From Cirrosporium novae-zelandiae (taxonomy: Eukaryota): DNA of 64,000 bases. Made by a program: the position numbers and the translations under genes. The stretch is taken from positions 1 through 64,000 of the forward strand of contig JAPETS010000039.1 in NCBI GenBank assembly GCA_026023565.1, read 5' to 3'. Each line of letters opens with the position of its first letter. The stretch's first letter is position 1. Of the stretch, positions 25,170-35,908 are shown piece by piece. The notes beneath the pieces were generated by a model that did no database searches, was not told the origin of the DNA, and worked only from the letters and a program-made list of their open reading frames with translations.

Positions 25170-28100
25170 ATGGCTCATGCATCACGTCCCTTTCCTTCCA
25201 ACGGGCCCTCTCCCCGTTCTGCTAGGTTAACACGTTACCTTGACCAAATATTGTCCGGGAGATATGCCATAAAGACCCCTGCCAACGGTAATTTATTCCT
25301 GGAAGCAATATGCGATAAGGATGATCGAAAAATTTGTATCGAAAAGGTACTTGCAAGTGCAACAGGATTATCGTCTCTCAAAGAATCCTTCCGGCTAGAT
25401 TTATCTGACTCATTCCTTAACGGGCATGCGATGAAGTTTATTCGGTACCTCCAAGAACCAGGATTGAAACGTTTATGCAATGGACAGTTTCTACAACAGA
25501 TTATACTTCAGATTGTGGAACCACCAACGTTCTGGAACGCTTTAATCCAAGCCCACAAAAAAAGGGTTCTGGAGGAAAGCACCATTCAATGCTTTGCTTG
25601 GCTTTTGCTTGAACTTCTATCCCTACCTCGTGATCAAAGTATCGCATATCAAGAGATTGCAAATGCTGTGACTGAGGACAAGTCTTTACTCGACTCTTCT
25701 TCCCATGAGATTCGTATCCTGGGACAAAGAATCCATAATTCTTTACTCGTTCTCGCTTGCCCTTCTGCAAAGAATGGCCAAGACGCCCCCGGCGGTCGAC
25801 ATGATAATGATCATGTTGATTATCGTGAGATCTCGATATTGCCTACCGCTGATGAGCTTGCATCCAAAGAGAAGCCATTCATCCGTCGCGCAACCGAAAT
25901 AGCAGATTCCGATGACAATGATCGAGCCGCTTTGCATCTAGACAATCAGTTTCGTCTCCTACGTGAAGATATGCTGGAGGAACTACGCACAGATCTTCAT
26001 ATTGCCCGTGGTCTCAAAAAAGGCTTTCGGAGATCCTTGGTCATCAAAGGGCTTTCGCTGCATGGTGTCGATTGTGGGATCCCAGACTGGAGGAAGCCCT
26101 GTGGTCTGACATTTCAATGCAAGACTGATTTGGCTCAGCTTGCTCACTTGGAACCAAAGAAGCGAAGATCCTATCTCACTGAAAATAAGAGATTTCTTAA
26201 AGATCAATCCGTGGCATGCCTTCTCACAGACCAGAAAGATATAATAGCATTTGCAATAATTAGCCGAAATGAAGATCTCCTAGCACGACGACCCCCGGTC
26301 ATAGTCCTGCAGTTCTCAACGGAGCCTGCATTCTTAAAAGCCCTTATAGCTTCTCATACGTACACGGATATTCAACTATTACAGGTTGATACACCATTAT
26401 TCGCGTATGAGCCTGTGCTCAAATGCCTCCAAGAGAAGAAGGAACTGCAACTATCAGAAGAACTGCTCTTCTTCGACTCCAATCAGCGGTTACAGAACAA
26501 TTCTAATCATCTACTTACCATAATCGAAGGCATAAGGGCCAACCCTACCCAGGATTTAAAGCGGCTGCTAGGTGCCAAATGCCGTATCAATCTAGATGCT
26601 TCTCAGGTTGAATCTCTCCTAGCCGGTTTAACCCAGAGAGTAGCCCTAATACAGGGACCACCAGGTCAGTTATTCCATTGTTGTTGTGGTATATGCATGC
26701 TCACCTGAATAGGGACTGGCAAGTCGTTCATCGGGGCACTGTTGACTAAGGTTCTACACAATGCATCCTCGGACAAGATCTTGGTTGTGTGTTATACTAA
26801 TCACGCTCTAGACCAATTTCTTGAGGATCTTTTAGATATAGGGATACCAGCTACTGACATTGTCCGGTTAGGATCCAAGTCTACCCCCAAGACACTGCAA
26901 TTAACGCTTAGGGCACAAAATTCCAGGTCTAGAACTGGGCGAGATGCGTGGCAAATAATTGATAGGCTTAAGGTAGAGACAGGAGCCATGGAACAACAGC
27001 TCAGCAACGCCATCAATCAATATCAGAACCTTCGTGTCACACCAGATGAAATTCTCCAGTACTTGGAATTTCCGCCTGAAGATCCCGTGTTTTACAAAGC
27101 ACTCACTGTCGCCCAGCCTGAAGATGAGATGACCATGGTCGGAAAACGTGGCAAGGCTATCGGTAGTGACTATCTTCTAGACCGTTGGAATGCCGGAAAG
27201 GATGCTGGTGCACTTAAAAGGTTTCTTCCAGATACTGCCGTCCGTGTTTGGAGAATGTCGGTATCTCTTAGGAGAAGTCGTATGGCAGCTTGGAAACATG
27301 CCATACTAGAGGAACGTACATCCCGGATATATTCTCTCGCGATGGACTATAATAAATTGCAAAAGAGGCTGAGCGACATGCTTAACGAAAGATCTGCTCA
27401 AACGATTAGGGGCAGGCGAATCATTGGTTGCACTACAACTGCAGCAGCCAAATATTCCAGCGAGCTCCAAGCGGCATCACCTGATGTGGTTCTCGTGGAA
27501 GAGGCTGGAGAAATTCTTGAGAGTCATGTCTTGACAGCTATGGGAAGAGATACGAAACAGCTCATCCTTATAGGTGACCATAAACAACTACGGCCAAAGG
27601 TCAATAGCTATGAGTTAACAGTGGAGAAGGGGAGTGGATTCGATCTTAATCGATCCCTCTTTGAGCGTCTTGTCCATGGAAAATTATCCCACAACACCCT
27701 TTCCGAGCAGCACCGCATGTGCCCAGAGATTTCTGCACTGGTCCGTTGTCTTACATATCCCGAATTACGGGATGCAAAGTCAACTATGAATCGGCTACCC
27801 CTTCTTGGGTTTCAGGATAAGCTAGTTTTCTTTAACCATGAACAGCCAGAAGACGAATTGTTTGACCTAGTAGAAGTGAGGGATAAAACTTCCAAGACTA
27901 GTAAGACAAACAAGTTTGAAGTGGAGATGGTCTTGAAATGCGTCCGCTACCTAGGGCAGCAAGGTTATGGAACCGACAAGCTTGTAATACTGACACCATA
28001 TCTAGGGCAATTGCGACTCCTTAAAGAAACGTTGAGTAAAGACCATGATCCGGTACTTAACGATCTTGATTCTTATGATTTGGTTCGCGCTGGATTGCTT

Positions 28101-31100
28101 CCGAGCGCAAGTGCAAAGTTAAATAGACAACCTATCCGAATATCTACCATAGGTACGATTCTGATATCATTTGCCGCCGTCCCGCTAATAATTTCTTAGA
28201 CAACTACCAGGGCGAGGAAAGCGACATCGTAATCGCATCTCTAACTCGGAGTAATTCAACTGCAGACATCGGATTTATGGCGGCACCTGAGAGATTAAAT
28301 GTGTTGATTTCAAGAGCAAGAAATGCTTTAATTATGATCGGAAATGCACAAACGTTCCTCAACGCACGGAAAGGCAAAGATACTTGGGTACCTTTCTTTG
28401 ATGTCCTCCGTAAGGATGGCCACGTTTATGATGGGTTCCCTATAAAGTGTGAGAGACACCCTGGGAAGGCCTGGATTCTCCGTTGCCCTGAAGATTTCGA
28501 TTTGCAATGCCCTGATGGTGGGTGTTCGGAGCCTTGGTGAGTCTCTAATATGCATTCATTAGAGTGTTGCTTATTGTGTTATAGTGGTACTAAATTGCCA
28601 TGTGACATCCACAATTGCCCCCAGCGCTGTCATCGACTCAAAGATCATTCAAAAATGACGTGCTATCAATTCATCAAAGAAAAATGTGAAAAGGGACACA
28701 AATATACGTGGCAGTGCGTGCGCAAACGGCCTACAAAGTGTCCTAAATGTGAAGTCGAGGAAATGATTCTACTAAAAAAGCTACAAAGAGACGCAGAATT
28801 GGAGGCAAAACGGCAGGCAGCTCAAGAGGCTTATGCAAGAGAAATCGCGAAAATGGATGAAAAAATTGAAAAGCAACGCCAGATTTCGAAGGATTACTCC
28901 GATGCCGAGAATAGAAAAAAAATGTTAAAGCAGAAGGAGAAAGACCTCGCTGCTGCCCAGTCACTTACAAGTCGAATCGTCTCTAGCATGTTCTCCCCAA
29001 AGTCTTCAACTCCTTCGACAACTCAAGAATCACCCCACATGATGGGATCGCAAGGCGGTTCTACAAGCACAATCCCAAGTTCTACCCTGCATCAACCACA
29101 GCTTCATGTCCAGTCTAAATCAGCTGCTAAAGATGAATGGGATGACCAAAAGAAATTCGAAGGTGTGGCTAACGATGCACTTGATTCATTGATGGAGATG
29201 ATCGGTTTAGAAGATGTTAAATTAAAATTTCTCAATATCAAAGCAAAGGTTGACACAGCATTACGACAACAATCAGATTTAAAAAGTGAACGTTTTGGCG
29301 CAGCATTGCTAGGGAATCCTGGAACAGGTATATTTGTGATCAATTTACAACAAGTCAAGCCAAACCAGGCTTCAGACGCCCAGTTTTGCCTCGAGACCTT
29401 CCAGGCATTTATCCCACAAATATGGTTCTTCGTTGAGAGCCAGCATTTGGCTTGGGCTCGTGTGATGCTCGGAAGGCTACGAGGCAATACTAAGCGTCTC
29501 AAATCTGGCTTAGGTTGATTCGTTGAAAGATTTCCTGGCTGAGCTTTAGAACGCAGACTGATTTCTTACAGGAAAGACTACCGTAGCGAGATTGTATGCC
29601 AAGTTCCTGACTTCTTTTGGAGTAATCCCAGGCGACGAATTCATTGAAACCACTGGATCTCGGTTGGCTAATGAACGAGTTGACGGTGCTAAGAAATGTA
29701 TCGAAAATCTCATCAAAGCCGGCGGAGGCGCTCTCTTCATAGACGAGGCATATCAACTTGTTGCCAGCCATAACCATGGGGGAGCTCAGGTTCTCGACTT
29801 TCTCCTTGCTGAGATTGAGAATCAAACAGGAAAAATTGTCGTTATATTGGCTGGCTACAACAAGCAAATGGAAGCTTTCTTTGAGCACAATCCTGGAATT
29901 CCAAGTCGCATTCCCCACTCTTTAAAATTTGCAGATTATGATGATACCGAGCTGTTGCAAATACTGTGCCGTCTGATATCCAAGAAATACCGAGGACGAA
30001 TGAAGGTCGAGGATAGTTTCGACGGGCTCTATCTTCGTATTGCAGCACGCCGTATCGGTCGGGGAAGAGGCCGAGAAGGGTTTGGAAACGCCCGAGCGGT
30101 GGAAAATGCATTTTCTAGAATCCAGGATCGACAAGCAGATCGTCTACGCCAAGAGCGCAAGCAGGGCAAGAAACCAGATGACTTTTTCTTCACAAAAGAG
30201 GACATAATTGGTCCAGAGCCATCCAAAGCCGTCGAGACAAATTCATCATGGGTAGAGCTCCAGGGACTTATAGGGCTCAAAGACGTGAAGGAGTCAGTTC
30301 GATGCTTTCTCGATCGCATACAGCAGAATTATCGTCGGGAATTAGAAGAGAAGCCGATAATAGATTGTTCGCTCAACAAAGTGTTTCTTGGGAATCCTGG
30401 TACCGGAAAAACAACAGTGGCGAAGCTTTATGGGCAAATACTGGCGGATCTTGGCCTTTTAAGCAATGGAGAAGGTAAGTGTGATATCTTGACTGGTCAC
30501 CTAGCACTCCTCTGTCCCCCACGTCTGACAAAACATCCAGTTATCGTCAAGAACCCGGCAGACTTTGTCGGAAGTGTACTAGGCCAGTCTGAAAGTAATA
30601 CTAAAGCTATCCTAGCTTCAACGATAGGTAAGGTGTTGATAATAGATGAAGCATATATGCTCTCTGGTGGATTTGGTGGAGATAAAAATCAAGGCGATCC
30701 ATATAAAACCGCTGTCATAGACACAATTGTTGCAGAAGTCCAGAGTGTCGCTGGTGATGATCAGTGTGTTCTTCTCCTTGGATACCGCGATCAAATGGAA
30801 AATATGTTTCAATCGGTCAACCCTGGACTGTCACGCCGGTTCCCCCTTGACTCTGCATTCGATTTCGAGGATTTCGAGGACGGTGAACTTGCGCAAATCC
30901 TAGACCTAAAGTTGAAAAAGCAGGGATTCTCTACCACAGAAAAGGGAAAGGATGTGGCGCTAGAGGTCCTGCGAAGAGCACGCGTCCGACCGAATTTTGG
31001 AAATGCTGGTGAAGTTGATATCCTTCTTGACAGGGCTAAGGCAGTTCATCAAAAAAGGCTTTCTAAACAACTTACTCGTGACCTTGATACTCTCGAACCG

Positions 31101-32540
31101 GGAGATTTTGACGAGGACTTTGATCGAGGGACTCGAGCAGCAACGAATTGCCGACAGTTGTTCAAAGGAGTTGTTGGTTGCGAGGGGGTGATTGCAAAAC
31201 TGGAAGGCTATCAACGTATAGCTCAGAACATGAAAAAACGGAATCTTGATCCAAAAGAGCAAATTCCATTTAACTTTCTCTTCAAGGGCCCTCCAGGTAA
31301 GATTTCCATTTTATCTATATTCTAGTGTCCTAACATCAACTGGCTAGGGACCGGGAAAACTACAACTGCTCGGAAGATGGGAAAGGTATTTTACGATATG
31401 GGATTTTTATCTAGCGCAAAAGTCGAGGATTGCTCTGCCACAGATCTCATCGGACAATATGTTGGACAAACGGGTCCAAAGGTTCTCAAGCAATTGGATA
31501 AAGCACTCGGAAGGGTGCTGTTCATTGACGAAGCCTACCGCCTTGGGGACGGTGGATTTGCAACCGAGGCCATGAACGAGCTTGTTGATAGTCTTACGAA
31601 ACCCAAATACGCCAAGAAATTGATCACCATTCTGGCAGGTTATGATGCTGACATGAATCGCTTAATGTCTATCAATCCCGGGCTGACGAGCCGATTTCCA
31701 GAGTCTATTATTTTTGAAAGCCTTGCCTCTTCAGATGCGCTAAAGCTACTCTCCCTAACATTAAAGAAAAGTAAAGTGGATACTACAATTTTGCAAGATA
31801 CCTCGAGTCCCCTCTATACAAGCTTGCTGGGTCTTTTGGATGAGTTGTCTGGCCTTCCATCCTGGGGCAACGCTCGAGATGTTCAAACTCTCTCCAAGGA
31901 GATTTATGCATCCCTGATCAGCGCAGAAGTCGATTCGACAACAGCCTTGACGCTAGATTCGGAAACGCTTCTAGAATCAACCAAAGCCATGCTAGCAGAA
32001 AGAAAATCCCGAATCACGAACTTGCCTCCAAGCCTACCACTCACTGGCAACCTACCGACTCTATCCTTAACACCGAACCCTCCTCAGACTCCAGCATACC
32101 AAACCAGCACGACCATCACCAAAAATATAAACAACAAACCTCCAACCCCACTCCTAGAACAAGTAAAAACAGCCGCTAAGCACGAAAGCTCCTCCAAAGA
32201 AGCCGAAAGGGACGCCGAAGTATCCGATGAGATCTGGGAAGCTCTTCAGAGGGACAAGGCTGCCGCCGAGAGGCGACTGCAAGAAGAATACGAGGAGACG
32301 CTGCTAAAAGCCGAACAGCTCCGCCAGGCCAAGGAAGCTGAGGCTCGAAAGAAGGCGCTGGAGGAACTCGAAAGGATACGAAGGGAAGCAGAGGAGAAAA
32401 GACGCAAGGAAGCCCTGGCGCAAGAGAAGCTTAGGAACATGGGCGTCTGTGTGCAGGGGTTTCAGTGGATCAAGCAAGGTTCTGGATATCGCTGTGCTGG
32501 TGGAGCTCACTATATCTCGAATGATAGATTGGGGATTTGA
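25170..32540 (+). CDS. ZNFX1-like SF1 (Upf1/NAM7-type) helicase fused to NF-X1-like Cys/His region and three CbbX/SpoVK-type AAA+ domains (~2288 aa), 7 exons
   Basis: Exons 25170-26664, 26713-28152, 28200-28536, 28585-29327, 29572-30474, 30541-31296, 31348-32540 total 6867 nt in frame. ZNFX1-like HLDNQFRLLRED. Helicase motifs IQGPPGTGKS, TNHALD, VEEAGE, IGDHKQLRP, SLFERL, QHRM, LTPYLGQ, DNYQGEE, RLNVLISRA. Three AAA modules: GNPGTGKT/FIDEAY, GNPGTGKT/IIDEAY, GPPGTGKT/FIDEAY. Confidence 0.92.
29348..29525. repeat. Imperfect inverted repeat (55-bp arms) inside intron 4 of the helicase-AAA gene
   Basis: Arm 29348-29402 against the reverse complement of 29471-29525 gives 41/55 identities by hand alignment. 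Confidence 0.8.
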
Positions 32541-32599
32541 GCGCGGTGCTGTGGTGTTATCTTCAGTCTTGGGAGTCGATCAGGGGATTTGTTCTTTCT

Positions 32600-34420
32600 A
32601 GTAAAATGTGTTCAGCAGAATACCCCGAGACAAAAAAACAAAAAAAAACGATACTATTAGAAAGGCAAACCTGTTAACACTCTTACCCTAACTAAGCCAA
32701 AAGAAACGTGGGATATATTAACCTGCCTGCACCGTAACAAAACCATAATTACCATATAAAATATATTCCCCCAAACTCCTATTTTATATAACTATAACTA
32801 TAATTTTTACTTACTCCCTCTAACATCAGCTAGCTAGCTTGCTTGCTTGGGAATATGCTATATTCTGAGTATCTAATGTATATATATACATATATATGTA
32901 ATCATGTATAGTATAGTATCTGGGCGTGGCGTGGAATGCCTAAGGCCCTGAGGTGCTTGGGGGGGTTATACACACACATATATATAATCTGTTTGGCTAT
33001 ACTATTCTATTCCTTACACATCCAATCCAATCCAATCCAATCCATCTCTATCTCCAAGGTCCGGGCATATACATAGTATCTAATTATTTGCATCCATCCA
33101 TATCCAATACAAATAAGTAAATATAAATATAAACTTAACCATGATAGTCTATATCTATATAGGGGGTAAATATCAAATAAGCAACGCTCAAACAAACTTC
33201 AAAAAAAAAGCCAAAGCAAAGAAAGAGAAGAGACTTGCTAATATAGACATAGGGGATGGGGTGGGAATATAGATATATATATATAATCATGAAATGGAAT
33301 GAAAACTCCTCTTTTTATTTTTATTTAATCAATAAACGAACGACACCTCTCCCTCCCTAACCCTCTACCAAGTATCTAAACCTCGACCTGATCTATCTTC
33401 TGGCCCCACACCCCTAGATTATTAGTAAATAACCTCCCCACTCCATCATCGGCCCCGTCCATGGTCCATGGTCCATCCAAGATCCAGATGAAATCAATCC
33501 CGAAACAACGCCCCCTTATTTTCCATTTTCCGTTTCCCATGGATGAATGGATGGCTAATAAATATGGAATTGATCCCACGGCCACGGTCACGGTCATGGA
33601 CTGCATTTCAATCAATTCCACCCTATCGCAATTTCGAGGACTCTCTCTTCTGGATATGTCCTTCCGCGGCTCAGTGCAGCGTAGCTGGGAGGGCTAATCT
33701 AGGTATAACTAGCTAGCAAGATTCCCCTTTCAACGTACGTCACTAATTAACCATATTTTCATGTTGGACTATCTAGATAAACGGGGTCTGGTCCGGTCCG
33801 GTCCTGCTTGCTCGCGCTTATCCATTCATCCATTCATTCGAGGAGAAGGCTAGGTAGGTGGGCAAGGAAGAGTTCTTGGATTGGATTGGTGGTGGATCGT
33901 GTATGGCTGTTTTCTAGATAGATGGATAGATAGATCTTGGATATTGGATAGTGGTGGTATATCTAAACTAGACTAAGGGGGGTTTCGTAGTGGCTGATGA
34001 ATTGGGTGTTAAGATCCATCCATCCATCCTAGGGTCGTCGAGTCGAACAAGTTTTGTTTGATCTGTGTGGATGGATGGATGAATGGCATGGCATGATTTG
34101 GGTGATGTCATGGATTGGAAGATATGGTAATTAAGGAACTAAGAAACTGAAGCACTAATACTGTAACCTAGTGAGAGAGAGAGTTGAAGAGATGGAAGAA
34201 ATATATATATAGTCGCTATTATTTACTACTGGATATGTATGTATGTGCTTAGTTTTTATATTTTAACGTATGTACATGTACTATACTTACTTGTAGAGAA
34301 GCTAGATCTATTAGATGAATAGTAGGTAGGTATCTATGAACTTTATAATATGATGGTAATGGGACTTTTTGTGGATAGAGCATCGGTTGGTGGTTGGTTG
34401 GTGGTTGGATTGTCCCGTAT
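32600..34420. repeat. Low-complexity intergenic block (TA, TCCAA, GGAT, GGTT microsatellites)
   Basis: Simple repeats read directly; no credible ORF. Confidence 0.65.
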
Positions 34421-34427
34421 GTGCTGC

Positions 34428-34490
34428 AATAGTTAGTAGCGAAGGGAATATACTAGACTAAATAGACGGTCTGATCTATTCCTTTCCCTG
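34428..34490 (-). mobile_element. Solo diverged copy of the terminal motif at 3741-3790
   Basis: AATAGTTAGTAGCGAAGGGAATATACTAGACTAAATAGACGGTCTGATCTAT aligns to the reverse complement of 3741-3790, AATAGTCAGCGAAGGGGAATAGACCAGACCAAATAGACGGTCTGGTCTAT. Confidence 0.65.
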
Positions 34491-34821
34491 ATAGTTAATC
34501 TCTAACCTATTATTGGCCTTTGTTCCAATACAGAGCTGAAACTTGGAGCTTTGGCGGAAAAGAAAAAAAACCCTTTAGTTAAAAAAATTTAAAATGATTA
34601 GCTTAACTAGATTAATAAATAGCATGGGCGAAAAAAGAAAAAAAGGCCAAAATGGCTTTTCAAGAAAAGAAGAAATCATCCATATCACTTTTTTATCTTC
34701 CATCACTGTTTTTCATACTTGTGCCAAATGCCATCATCATAAAAGTAGCCATTCCAGTTTACCGCTCCCTCCAAGCCTTTCTAGCTAACTGGTAACCCAT
34801 TTTCTCATCCATGTTAATCCC

Positions 34822-35227
34822 TTAGACAGGACAAAATCCATAATTCCAGACTTCATTGCAAAGCAGCGATGGCGGCCCATAGTGATTATCGCAAAGCGTA
34901 TCGCAGGGTGTGTTGGGAGGAACGAAAACAAGGAACTCATAATTGGGCATCGGAAGACGGAACTGTAACGGGCGATTGACAGGCCAAGGAAAGCCCCCGG
35001 CGCCCTGACCGCCCTGACCGCTAGCACTAGCATCAACATCTCGTTCGGAGATGCTATTCTCATCACGACGGAAGTACCAGCCGTGGTGCGCTTTGTAGCC
35101 CGCTCGGCAGGCGCAGTGGTATTTATGGCCGGTTGAGATGCATGACGTTGTGATGTGACAGTGGTTTTGGCCTGGGTAGGGGGAGCAAGTTTCGCAAACT
35201 GAGGGAGGCGGTGGTGGCGGTGGCGGC

Positions 35228-35261
<34 letters not shown>

Positions 35262-35420
35262 GATGACCAGCAAGATCGCGAGGGCCTGTATTGCCTACAT
35301 ATCTTCAGCTTGATGTGCTTTATTTAATTTCGATTCAGAAGACTTACCTTCCGGTAAACCGGTAACAAGAGGCACGTAGATGAACAAGGCACCCAAGAGG
35401 AGAGCTTTGAGAACACTCAT
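34822..35420 (-). CDS. Small secreted Cys-rich protein with 20-Pro tract (181 aa), 2 exons; not in ORF track
   Basis: Exons 35420-35348 and 35294-34822, 53-nt GTAAGT...TAG intron. Signal peptide MSVLKALLLGALFIYVPLVTG, then P20, then a 10-Cys domain VCETCSPYPGQNHCHITTSCISTGHKYHCACRAGYKA...QFRLPMPNYEFLVFVPPNTPCDTLCDN...LCNEV...FCPV. Confidence 0.88.
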
Positions 35421-35908
35421 TTTCCCCGATATCTTTTCTAATGATTAAATGAACTTTGCGAAAGATAGTGTCAGTGTTGTTTGGGGAAGAGCTGGTGATG
35501 AAAAGATGTGACTGTTGGCTGGTGGCATTCATTTTTATATATGGGACGCCAAGCCAATTCCATTCCAAGCATCGAATGTTTATGTCAATCTCTTCGTATG
35601 AGCTGGTGCAGATCGTCAACAAATTCCGTAAGGAAACGTATTATTCTAGATCAAGCAAGGCTTAAGAAAAGAAATAGGTCTTGTCAACATAAATTTTGGC
35701 GTGGAATGTACCATAGAAGAGGAACAATGAGTATCACACCTACAAGAGATTAAGCTCTAAGGCGTTTAGGAATGCTATTGAAAGAGTTGGTAAATAGTCA
35801 ATGAAAATTTCTTGCAAGAACTCAGGCACATGGGGATTAAAACAAATTATTCTGTTGATTGTTATGTAGGAAGAATATGCAAATATTTCAACCGGGTATG
35901 ATAACTCA

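Noticed and set aside
29200..32000. CbbX-like domains as a Rubisco activase or bacterial contamination
   Set aside because: The domains are fused in frame to a eukaryotic helicase, are interrupted by spliceosomal introns, and no Rubisco or operon context is present.
34785..35273. 162-aa ORF with a poly-Arg/His tract
   Set aside because: Wrong frame of the (CCG)n tract. The alternative frame gives a spliced gene with a signal peptide and a coherent Cys domain.
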